Source: Gnetum montanum
Lineage: Eukaryota; Plantae; Gnetophyta
Length of the DNA: 64,000 nucleotides
Direction: 5' to 3'
Assembly: GCA_015680685.1 (NCBI GenBank)
Contig: MNCI01001743.1
Location: forward strand, 92,472 to 156,471
In this document: piece by piece, positions 50,786 through 62,630 of the stretch
Numbering within the stretch: position 1 is the first letter of the stretch
How the letters are laid out: each line of letters begins with the position of its first letter
Program-made: the position numbers and the translations under genes
Notes under the pieces: model-generated
What the model was told of the DNA's origin: nothing
Databases searched by the model: none
What the model saw: the letters and a program-made list of their open reading frames with translations, nothing else

Positions 50786-53700
50786 TTTTTTTGAGACAAC
50801 GTTCAGGATTATATTACAAAGGAAAAAAGGAGAAACTGTACAATCAAAATGTTGTATACATTGCAAAAGAAAGGGGGCCCCACCCTCAGGGGGAAAGCTC
50901 CCCCAAGATACCCAAGACTTGACAGACTATTGGCACTTCAAAATGAGATTTCAAAAATAAAAACATGACAAGCCCAACCCAGGAAACAACAATAGAAAAA
51001 AAATGGGCCCCAAGACAAAACTCCAACAAACAAGGGGCCAGATAGACTGCCTAGCCCCCCCAAGACCCGCTAGAGTCTCTTAGGCAAATTCTGACAAGAG
51101 CAATCAGAAATTTCCGGATTGTGAATTTCATTTAGCAGCCCGAAGTGATGTTCTAAATCAACAAAGGCTGCCTCTTCTTGGAAATCCTTGAAAGTAGCCT
51201 CTTTCTTAGCATGCTCGACTGCTGATCCTTTTCCATCGAGATGCAGCAAAAAGGAGGACCAGCAGATATGTCGGCAAAGAGTCGACCACGAACACTCTTT
51301 ATTAATATACAGCAACATGTAGGGGCAACATCCCTGTGTAAGCCATGTTCTAGCATTCTGGGCAAGAGCCTTATCGATCTGCCCGCACATCTACTCCGCT
51401 TCCACTTGCTCCTGCTCTTGCCACCTATTACAACCTCTCCCACTCCTACTGCTCCACCACCTCTTACTTCAACTCCTCCCGAACCTAGGCCCTCAACTCA
51501 TCAATTAGTGCCACCTAAGCATTCACATTACGCAAAGCCTATTGCCACATCAACTCCCGCTCCCTTTTCCTAACTTGATCCTCCATTTGGGCCTACATGC
51601 GTTGAAAAGCCTCCTCTCTGGCACACCATTTAGTCTCTCACATCCTGCATTCATCAACCCTAGCCTACTCTGCAGCCTCTTCCGCTAAGCGCAACAACTC
51701 GTCCAAGGGTGTTTGCATCTCAATTGAGCCAAAGCCCTCCAGCTCAACCACAAACTGCATTGTCATAGCCGGACCCTCCTCTTTCTCAAACTCAACCCTT
51801 CTTTGTGCCATCGTCTAACATGAATAAACCATTGTACATGGTGGTCTAGGCCCCAACGGTGGCCGCTATGGAGGCCTAGGTGATGCAGCCCACCACAGTG
51901 CAAGAATGAGCCCAGAATGCTGACCTCTACATTGTTTGCACAGTGTCTCCAAAAAGAATTTGGGCAAATTGACACAGCACTCAAGCCTCATGCATTTAAG
52001 CAAGGAAAAATGTGTCCCTTGTAGTTTGGACACATTGCCAGAGTGGACAACGAACCGGTCCACTAGATCAACCGCCTATCGCTAAATCAATGACAAGACC
52101 AATTTTGGCACTTGGCCACTACTCATATGTGGCATGACCCCCGTGAAGAAAATTTCAACATCCTATAGCTCAGGAACCATAGGCAACACCATTTCACCCA
52201 TGGCAGGGGTTTCCAAATACATAGCTAAAGTCACCTCTATCAAAATTATACAAGTGCCATGAAAGACTATAGCATTTATGTGCCAATTATTGAAAAAGGA
52301 CTCATTTGGTAAGGCCATGTCCCCCTGCAGACGAGAAAAGAGCTCATCCCACCTAATTCTCTCAACCATTCTCCAAAGCTCCAAGTTAGCCTGATATGCC
52401 TTGCAAGCCGACTCATATGTCGACGCCACACACAAGAAGTCGAAAACATAATATGTGCAAGCGGCAAGATCCACTACAACCGAAAAATAGCACAGTTGCG
52501 GGCCTTCAAAATTTCCCATAAAATAAGCCCCACCTCAGAATCGCCATTTAAATTTGCCGACCCATGCAAACACGTAGCTTACCACGTGTGCTGCACGTAC
52601 TAGCATTGATCAGAAAAGTGTAGCACTATCTCAAGGCTACTACAACATAATGGACAAGTATCATTAATCTACAACCCTCGCCACTGTAACAACATAGGCA
52701 CTGATAGCGCATTATGCATAATAAGCCAAAGAAACATTTTGATTTTCTCCGGTAACCTACCCAACCAAATAGCTTTCCAGCCATCAACCGATGGGTACGT
52801 ATCCCGGATAAGTCACCACAAGGGCTCCCCCAACCAACGTCACGCCAACGCAAGTTGCACATGAGTGCAAAATGTCCTCCACAATAATGAAACACATGGC
52901 CCCACCTCCCAACATGTGTATTTTGAGGCCATTATTTGAATCCATTGGGCAGCCCCCTCCAAGTTTTGTACAAATCTCATCAGTAGCCATTGACAGCCCA
53001 TCAGAAGCTCCTCTTCAAATTTAAAAATCCCTAAACCCCTACTTCTCGATGTCGTGTGATAGTATCCCACCCAATTATTTGGTTAATATGCTGAATAATG
53101 GCGTAGTGGGGCAAGGGGGGTGGGGGGGTGCCGCCACCAAGGCAACAAACCTAGCAATAGCAGAAAGAACGCTAGAAGCAAGAATAATTCTTCCCTTCCA
53201 AGTGAGGAAGCGGTTGACCCAATGCCCAACCCAACTCTCCAACCTTTGAATCAACTGCTATCACATCTGCTTTCTCCCCCATTCAAAAAGGGGGATCCTA
53301 AAGTACAAATCCATCACTGACCCACAACTCCTACGAAATACAACTCCCAACCCTAGGGTTGACACTAATGAGGTGAAGCGAAGACTTCCCATAGTTAATT
53401 TCCAGCCCAAGTTCCACAGCTAGTCGACTAAGAGCCCGATCAATCCCCTTCACCTGAGGAACCTCCACCCTAGAGAGCAGCATGGTGTCATCAGCATAGT
53501 GCTCAGCAAGGCACTCTAGTCCCACAATCTCTAGCCCATGGACCCCCTCAGCCTTACAGTAATATTAGAGTGTATCCATCACTAAAATAAAAAGCAAGGG
53601 AGACAAGAGGTCCCCCTACCTCAAACCTCTGCCAGGGGAGGAAAACCCCCACAACCTCCCCNCAAGTGAATGCACAAACTAACAAAACATGGATCAAATC

Positions 53701-55910
53701 CTTTCATTCTCATAACAATGGACAATGCCTCCCAACTAACCATATCATATGCTTTCGTGATGTCAAGCTTCAAGCACATCCCTAGGAAATTGGCTTCTCT
53801 CATAGCATGGATCACTTCCTACATTAGGATCACTTGGTCCTATATGAACCAGCCCCAGAAAAACCCCGCTTAGTGTTCCCCAACCAACTTCGATATGAGA
53901 GGCACTAAACAACTCACCAATAGCTTCAAAAAAAGTCTTAGCAGCAAATTACAAACTCCAATAGGGGCAAAAATGTGTCGAGTCCGACAACCCCAGCTGC
54001 TTGGGGATGAGAACAATCCTAGAACAATTAAGCTCCCTTCTTACCTATCTTCTCTTGAGCATCCTATTAAAAGCATCCAAGAGATTTGGCCCAATAGAGT
54101 TTGCAAATTCACAAAAGAATTCAATATTCCAACTATCAAGTCCATGTGCTTTACAAGATTTCATGGACATCATAGCAACATGTAACTCCTGCATTGTAAG
54201 AGGCACCAACAACCTTCGATTCTTCTCCGCACTCAACACAATTGGAATTGTCATAGAAACTGGCCTTGTCTGCCTCTCCTCCCAAATAACCCCTAGTATT
54301 GCCCCATCAAACGTGTGGTTTCCCATGGGTCCTCAATGTTAACTCCATCTTGCACAAGATGAAGCACCTGGTTAGCCTACCCATTGGATTTAGCTGCCAC
54401 AAAGAAGAACTTAGAACTCTAACATCAAACCACAGTAAAAATTTAGAACTTATCCAAACCCGATCGATCCTAGATAGGACCCAATCCTTGCCATGTCTCT
54501 TGGTACTCCATGTGAAGCGGCAATTAGCAATGTCCATGTCCACAAGGCTGTATTGATCTAAGAAACTCTGAAATTCTTGGGCACCTAGAGGGACAGAGGT
54601 ATCAATCCTAGACTTCTCCAAAGGGTGTAAATGTTGATTGAAATCCCTAATAATGGCCCATCCTCTTTTGTCAAGTATCAAGGCTGCCACCCAATGCAGC
54701 TCCTATAGCCTAACCTCCCACACTTGGGCCCTATAGAAATTGGTCAACCAAATCCCAACCGAAGAAAGTTCCACTATAATACTCCAATAAGAAGAATCTT
54801 TTAAGTGCAGCAACGGCTTAGCCAAGACTACTAGCCTCCTACACACCCCAAACACAGCACCATTTGCAAGTTCCACCCCTCCCAACTCAACCAATGTGCC
54901 TTAGAAGACTACAGTTTCATTTCCTGCAAACAGAGCACATCACACTCCTCACTTCACACAATGTCCCTCAGGGTATTTCTTTTATAGGGTGTACCCTGAC
55001 CCCTACAATTCCAAGAATCTTCCTGCATGACCCATGGTATGCTTCTTGTAGACCTCTTTCAAGGTCGGTTGCATACCTAAGTCAATATCCAACAAGGTCT
55101 TTTTCTCTCTAGCCAGGGGACCAAAAGGTCTCCCAAGATAGCCAAACCTAGGCTAAACTAGGAAACTTCCAAGGGTCATTGAAACCCAGGAGCCACCTCA
55201 TCCATAGGGGGCATGGGTCCCTTATGAACCACTAAAATCCAGTCCCCCAACGAGGGGAGTTCCACCCCCCTTTTTTGTGGTTGAGGTAGGGGGAAGATAT
55301 CAAAACCTTTCTAAGGGAGGGCTTCCGCAAGACGATGTTGTTGCATTTGCTCCCCCTTTTCAATAGCCATCAAGGCCCAAGTCTGATGCACACAATGCCC
55401 CACGCGAACCCAATTACCATCCTTATGCATCTGGGCCTTTGGATGATTCTTACCTTCGCCAAGGATACAGTAAGAAGCCACCCCATGTCCATTCTTCCCA
55501 CAGATGTGGCATCCACCCCCTGGTGGGGCAAGATCCTTCTATTCCTCCAACAAGTTCTCGTACTCAACTTTAACCATCTCCTCTCCTGTTGGAAGGTCCA
55601 AGACAATCTCCTTAACCAAATCGTTCGTGGACAAAGGCCTCCACACACAAAAATGTGCAAACCCAATCCTCTCTCCATGGATGACATAAATTTGTCAAAG
55701 GAGATGGACTCCCCAAACAAACTAGCAAGGATCTACAAGAAATCCGGAGTCCATATCTCCCATGGGATCCCTACTAGACGAATCCAAACCAATGCCTTAG
55801 AAAACAAATCCTCATCCCAATGAGCCCCTAGGCGCCATGGTGTGAGCGCAAGCCCTCTAGCATCATAAAACCATGATCCTTCCATAAGAAACTTCAAGCC
55901 ATCTACCTTC
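50786..55910 (-). mobile_element. Near full-length LINE of another subfamily with J-domain ORF2
   Basis: ORF1 (LVWIRLVGIPWEIW), APE (SWNCRG, SRIDRVW), RT (KLDITKAYD, HYADD), extension (51900-52420), J-domain ORF 51070-51390; T-tract at 50786-50792. Confidence 0.9.
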
Positions 55911-56319
55911 TCTTGCAATTTTTGAATTACTCCAGTATTAAAACTACAAAGGCTCGAACAGGCAATACTAAACACTCGTATTTATTTTTCTAAATTCACA
56001 CAAACTTATGCATAATGATTCTATGTCTCTTTCTTCAAACATTCTTTAATCCACTACAATATAGATTTCAAAGGTGTACATATATGCTTCATATTCAAAG
56101 TATAACTCACATTGGGTTTGTTTCATATTTGCAAATGTGTAACGGCGAACAACATTCATAGTGCAAGTGCAGACAAAGGATATTAGTCTTTTGGCTTTAT
56201 CTTTTGTTGTTCATGAGTTTCTTTTTACAAGATTTTTTCAATTTGGCTTTTAACACTACCATACTTTTGAAGATCAGATCGGATCGTAAGTCTTTTTCTT
56301 TATTATTCCTAAGACCTCC

Positions 56320-57516
56320 GGGTCAGCAAGCCCCCGATGGAGGAAGTCCACACCAAGCAATAGAGCCTCATTGGCCGTTTCGTTTCCCGAGGTGCTCGCC
56401 CACAGATGGAGTTAATCTGCAAGTGGGTGCAAGAACACTAGAAGGTTGGCCAGTGGAAGTCTGGAGTTTGTCTGAGGATTTGCTTCTATTCATCTTTCCA
56501 TCCCAACAGGCTAGGGACTCTGTTGCTGGGGGGGACCGTGGTTTTACGGGGCTCGGGGGCTAGCATTAACCCCGTGGTGCCCGAGGGCACACCACAAGAC
56601 AAACTTGTTTGCCAAGGCCCCGATGTGGATGAGGATTTCCAAGATCCCATGGGAGATGTGGAACTTGGAGTTCCTGGAGAAGGTGGCGGGATCTTTGGGG
56701 AGTTCATTGCTTTCAATAGCATCACACAATCAATGGCACGGATGGGCTTCGCCTATTTCTACGTTTGGCAAAGGCTATCGGATAAGGACCTCATCCGGGA
56801 AATCGTTCTGGAGCTCCCAAGCGGGGAGGAACACCTCCAGGTCAAGTTTGAGAAACTAGAGGTTGAGCCAGGCCTTGAACGAGGAACAAAGGCCCGAGAG
56901 GGCAAGGGAGAAGGATGTGCATGCTGTGGGAAACCCGATCACTAGGAGGACTGCCGATTTCGGAGGACACGACCCGTGCGGCCACGGGACCAAGCCAAGT
57001 AGATGTTTGAGGGTGGGGACCGAGTCACAATGGGCCGTAAGGGCTAACTGCACCCNNNNNNNNNNNNNNNNNNNNNNNNNNNNNNNNNNNNNNNNNNNNN
57101 NNNNNNNNNNNNNNNNNNNNNNNNNNNNNNNNNNNNNNNNNNNNNNNNNNNNNNNNNNNNNNNNNNNNNNNNNNNNNNNNNNNNNNNNNNNNNNNNNNNN
57201 NNNNNNNNNNNNNNNNNNNNNNNNNNNNNNNNNNNNNNNNNNNNNNNNNNNNNNNNNNNNNNNNNNNNNNNNNNNNGCGGCCCTAGGCGAATGGGTGAAC
57301 GTGGTTAGGGGGAGCATCAAGTCCCGTCAGCCACAGGAGCAGGAACCCACACTCAAGGACTTGGGATGTTGCCCAGTGGTGCAAGAGGGGGAGGGTCGCC
57401 CCAGATGCCCGAGTGAGAACCGGTCCAGGAGTAGACAAGCTCAATGGAATATTGATTTGGGGTTACAGCAGACCCTCCAGGAGGTCTACCAACGCCACTC
57501 ATCCAAGCATACATGA
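56320..57516 (+). pseudogene. LINE ORF1 (DUF4283/RRM-like region plus CX2CX4HX4C knuckle)
   Basis: SLIGRFVSRG, APMWMRISKIPWEMW, CACCGKPDH*EDC, terminal NIDLGLQQTLQEVYQR. Confidence 0.85.
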
Positions 57517-60500
57517 AGATTTTCAGCTGGAATTGTAGGGGACAAGGTACACCCTATAAAAGAAATACCCTGCGTAGAATTGTCCAGGATGAAGAATGTG
57601 ACATTGTTTGCCTCCAAGAAACCAAGTTGCAGGCAATGGAATCTCACCATCTCCTTTGGGATGGCTGGAAAACCCACATGCACCCCTACATGGGTCGGGC
57701 AAGAGGTCTTGCTATCTTGGCTCGCTACGACATGACGTTGGTTGACAACTCACAATGGACCATGACCATCCATATCCCCTCCCAAGGCATTTGGCTAACC
57801 AACTTCTATGGGACGCAAAATTAGGAACAGAGGCTACAGGAGATGGAACACGCGGCAATGCTGGTGCTAGACCGTCAGGGATGGCTAATCATTGGGGACT
57901 TCAACCAATGCTTGCATTCATGGGAAAAATCCGGTGGGGCTGTCTCCCGCCCCCCCCCCCCCTCCCCCAATGAGCACACAGAAGTTTCAGGATTTCCTAA
58001 CAGTCCACTCGCTGGTGGATCTGCCCATTGGGAACTACCAGTTCACATGGAGCAACAGGAGGAAAGGCCCGGACCACGTCCTTTCCCGAATTGACCGGCT
58101 CTGCATCAGTTCCGACCTCCTCCTCCGATTTGCCACGGGGGTTATGGGACAGGAAAGGGTCACTTTGAATCATCGATCCCTGGTTTGTTCACTTGGGCCA
58201 GAAAGGTCCCGGACCCCGCGACCATTTCATTTTGAGGTAACCTGGTTGTCTAAGCCGTGGTTGAGGCCATTAGTTGAGGACATTTGGGCAGACTACCGAC
58301 CAAGCAAGGGAGACCCCAGGAACTTCCTTAAGGATGGTTTGCTTCACCTGAAATGGGCCATCTGGGGCCTACCAGTGGAGGACAAATTCTCCTTTAGGAC
58401 AGGTCGCAGGGCGCTCCGGGATAAGCTTATTCAGATCCAGACTAAATAGGAGGCTGGGGAGGACTTACATGAAGAAGAGCAGAACATTCTACAACTTCAA
58501 GGCCTTGACTTAGAGGAGGAGACATACTGGAGACAAAGATCACGGATCAGATGGCTCTGAGAAGGGGACAGACAAACAAAAATTTTCTTTGTTGTCGCTA
58601 AGACACAAGGATGGGGCCAACCAAGTTGTTTACACACCCAAGACGGGGGGATTATTGATGAACCACAAAGCGTCGCTAGGGAGTTGACTCAATACTGGGA
58701 GAGGATCTGGGCCAAGCAACCCACCAAACTTATTTCAATCCAAATTGCGCAAGTGCTGCACAAGGAAGACAACATGTGGTTGCTAACCCCGTTCTCTTGG
58801 TAGGAACTCATCGCCACCATCAACAACATGCCGGGAGGGACGACGCCTAGTCCAAACGGCTGGAGTCTTTAATTCTTTTGAACCTTCATGGATATTGTGG
58901 GACCCAATATCTGGGACGCCTTCAACCTTATGCTGGCCAAGAGGCAGGTTCGAAGGGAGATCAACTGTTCTCAAATTGTGTGCATCCCAAAGCAAACGGA
59001 GGCACACCACCCAGAACACTTCCGTCCTATCAAGGTCTACAACATTTTGATTTGGGTTTTCTCCAAATTGATTGTGCATAGGCTTGTGCCACTCATGCCC
59101 AAGCTGGTGGGAGTTAACCAAGCAGGGTTTGTGCAAGGCCAAACCCTGCAGGATCAGGTTCTACTCATGTAGGAGGTGTTCCATTCTCTTCGGACTACGG
59201 GTTTCCCTGGGCTCTGTCTCAAGCTCGACATTACCAAGGTGTATGACACACTCAGCTGGGAAGCCCTGGCTACCATTATGCAACAGAAGGGTTTTGACCA
59301 AGGTTTTATCCAGCTTTGCATCCACATGTAGTCATCCGCTAGTTTTTCCTTTAACATGGGGAGGCAGTTGTGGGGTCTCTCCTCACCTCAAAGGGGGTTA
59401 CGGCACGGGGACCCACTTTCGCCCTTGCGGTTCATTATCGCTATGGATCTTATGCAACATTATTGTAGAATGTCGAGGGTTGATGACTTAGACATTGCGG
59501 GGGTGGAATGTCAGGCCGAGCACTATGCGGATGACACAATGTTGCTTAGTCATGCGAGGCTCCCACAAGCACAGTGCATCAACATCGCACTTTCCCGACT
59601 GGCAAATGAGTTGGGATTGGAGATTAACAGGGCTAAGTCCTTAGCTCATTTTATTAATGTGGATTCACAGATTAAAAACCACGTCGTGCAAATCCTGAAC
59701 ATTCTACCCGTAACGGTCAAGGACACCTACCTAGGTATCCCACTCTTCCAGTGGGGGAAGAGCATGTCTTGGGGGCCATTGTTGGAGAAGGTCGAACGAA
59801 GGATGGGTCACTGGGCAAATCGTTTCCTGACTCGGAAGGGGCAATTGGTTGTGGTAGTGGGGATTCTCACAGCGATTACCTAGTTTGTGGCAGCAATTGC
59901 CACCCCTCCGAACACCATCATTAACAAGATCAACATGCAAATCAGGCGTTTCGTCTGGACGGGGGGCAAAAGGAGGGGGGGCAAAATCTACCTTGTGAGT
60001 TGGAAATAGGTCGTGCGCCCCCATAACGTGAGGGGGCTGGGCATCTCGTCGTTCGAGGATGAGTTCATGTTGGGACAGCAACGCCTGTTGCTCCGTTTCA
60101 CGCGCCCGCATGGGGAACTAGCCCAATGGATCCATGTTATGAATGCGAAATATCGTCGTTGGGAAGCAGGGGTGCAGGATTCGAGGCCCTGGCAGATGCT
60201 CTACCACCACACGCATGTGATGCAAGCATAGGGGTGGTTGGGCCTTGAACTGCGCCAACTGATGGTGGCCAGGTACCCTGTAGGTGTCAGGCTAGCAACA
60301 GATTTGGAGGGGACGGCTCCCCGAGAAGATCAAAATGCTCCTATGGTTACGGCGAAATGACGCATTACTAGTTCGCACGCTTCTGCGCAAACGCGGCCTT
60401 AATGTGGACGACACATGTCCCCTGTGCGGCACTGCACCAGAAACAGTTCGACATTTCATCTCCAATTGCACGTACATGCGCACCACGTGGCACTCAACCG

Positions 60501-62053
60501 GTGCGACCCCCCGATGCACCTCACCAGCAACTCTTGGGCCACGCTACTTTTATGGGTAGCATGGAAGACAAGAAACCGCATTGTTTTCCAACAGATCAAG
60601 CTGCCCCCACCCCCGCTAGTGGTTTCCCAGGCTCTTCGCGTGTGGAACAAGATCGAGGGGACGATGGATGTCACGCCAACATTCGAACCTGACTGCATCA
60701 CGTTCCAAGCGGAGGAAGAACTCTGGAAAATGGTGGAACAGTGTGGCTGGAACAGCCCCTTGCAACAGCTGGTTGGTGACCTAGACCTTGCAAATGACGT
60801 GTTCTTCTCTAACTAGCACAACAACCAGACTTACTTTCAGGGGAGAGAGGTAACCGTCACAAAATCTTCGATTGCCAGGTGTCTCAGGGCCCAAGCCGCT
60901 AACAAGGTCATTTTGCCTTCCACACAAGGGTTGCAAGATGCGGAAATGTTCTTCGATGGGCCGGTGCCATGCACGCAAAGCAGACAAGTGCCCAAATCCT
61001 CCTGACCCTAAATCTAGGCCCGAGCAGCAGATCTTGTGGATAGATTTTTTGTCCAGTCTGGCAACGGCTTTAAACTCCAGGGCATCCATTTTGCCTTCCT
61101 CCATTGCCTGAAGTTAGGGCATCAGGTTAACTTACCCCGATTTTTTCTAGTGGCCCTACAACTTCAGAGACGAGGCCGTCATTTCAGGCTCATCCTGGCC
61201 TTATGGCAGAGGGCAAAGGGAGGGCAAAACTTGCAGAGTGGCCCCTCGCGGGGGGCTCCCCCACCTGGCCCATCATCTTTGGCCAACTAGGAGAACCCCT
61301 GGACCCCGCCTGCAATGACTTACATGCAAAAATAGCATAGCCAATGAGGATGACGCCCCCCAACCAGTATCGCAGCGTCGGAGTCGTCACCGTCAAAGAC
61401 CTCCAAGCGCAATGCGAACTATGAAGAGGAGTTGCAGCAGGCCACACAAAAGACCACAACCATAGCACGCAAGGCTGAGCTACAGGAATGGGAGGCAAAA
61501 TGGCAGGAATCCGTCGTGTAGGCACAAGCCAATTTGGAGGCCCATTTTAGAGAAAGGAAGCAGGAGAGGGTGAGGCAACAAACCCTCCTGGCTGACGCAG
61601 CCTGGGCCCAGCTGGTGGATGAGATCCAGGCCCAAGTGAGAGAAGAGTTGCTGCAGAAGGAAACTGCCCGAAGGGAGCGCAAGGAGGCTGAACGGGCACA
61701 GCTTGAATGTGAACAGGAGGAGGAGGCTCAGCAGCAAAGCCAACTAGACCAAGCACACGAACACAGCGCACGCCAATGGCTTAGAGGTGGATGGTGCCCA
61801 TACCTCATCCTCGGCATCAATTGCGACAGCTCCTAGGGGGAGATCAGACGCCACATCCGCCGAACCTCAGCGTGCTTCCATCCAAATGGGGGGGACGTCG
61901 ATGGCGAATCGGAACAGACGGGAGTCAGCCATGCAAGGAATCCAACAGACCGCCAATTTTGTGGACACGGAGCTCCATCGAAACACGTTGGATATTCTTC
62001 ATGAGCTACGACGCCCACATTGTGCCTTCCATCAGTTGTCGACAAACCCCTAG
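57513..62053 (+). pseudogene. LINE ORF2: APE - RT - zf-RVT - accessory domain - coiled coil - J-domain (~1500 aa)
   Basis: MKIFSWNCRG, CLQETK, IIGDFN, SRIDR; KLDITKVYD, RGLRHGDPLSP, HYADD, YLGIPL; CPLC..ET..H...C; one reading frame from WKTRNRIVF (~60560) to FHPNG (61879-61887). Confidence 0.92.
61795..61995 (+). other. DnaJ-type J-domain at the end of LINE ORF2
   Basis: CPYLILGINCDSS*GEIRRHIRRTSACFHPNG and RESAMQGIQQTANFVDTELHRNTLD align without gaps to the J-domain consensus blocks [32 protein letters not shown] and [25 protein letters not shown]. Confidence 0.8.
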
Positions 62054-62479
62054 CAGGGTCGCTGCTTTTAGCCCGCGGGGGTCGCTGTTGCCCCCCCCCC
62101 CAGTGGTTCGGTTGTGCTCCCCCTCCCCCCCTATGGTGGATGCCTTCCATTTCGTGGGTGCCTCCCATTTCGTGGGTGCCCCCTATGAGTCTCAAATTTT
62201 AATGAGCGGGAGTCTCAAATTTTAATGAGCAGGAGTTTCAAATTTTTGAAGTTGGGACACTATTTATACATGTACTTGCATGCTCATTCCCTTGCCTTTG
62301 CAGCTTCGGCTGCCTGGCCACATTGCCTAAACACACTGATGAGGGGTGAAAGTCCCCGAATACGTTTTGTGTCACAACAGACGTTGTGCAATGCTTTGAG
62401 CTTCTATTACTTTCTGTTTTACAGTTTCTGCAGTATTTCGCTCAGCCTCCCCGTTCTTTTCCTTGATGCACGAGATCAA

Positions 62480-62630
62480 ATCTCTAAAATTTCTAAAAGT
62501 CCTAAAATTTTAAGTCCAAAAATTTTAAGTCCAAAAATTTAAGTCCAAAATTTTAAGTCCTAAAATTTTAAGTCCAAAATTTTAAGTCCAAAAATTTTAA
62601 ATCCTAAAATTTTAAGTCCAAAATTTTAAG
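62480..62630. repeat. Minisatellite, 14-15-bp unit AAAATTTTAAGTCC(A/T), about 10 copies
   Basis: Read directly from the sequence. Confidence 0.9.

Larger units (their letters stand above)
56265..62270 (+). mobile_element. Near full-length L1-clade LINE, best preserved copy
   Basis: ORF1 and ORF2 in order, with all domains readable across a few frameshifts and transition-derived stops; ends approximate. Confidence 0.93.

Noticed and set aside
61534-62053. Host DnaJ gene or processed pseudogene next to a LINE
   Set aside because: It is in frame with ORF2, recurs at the same position in many copies, and lies inside TSD-bounded insertions at 33686-37783 and 26708-32368.
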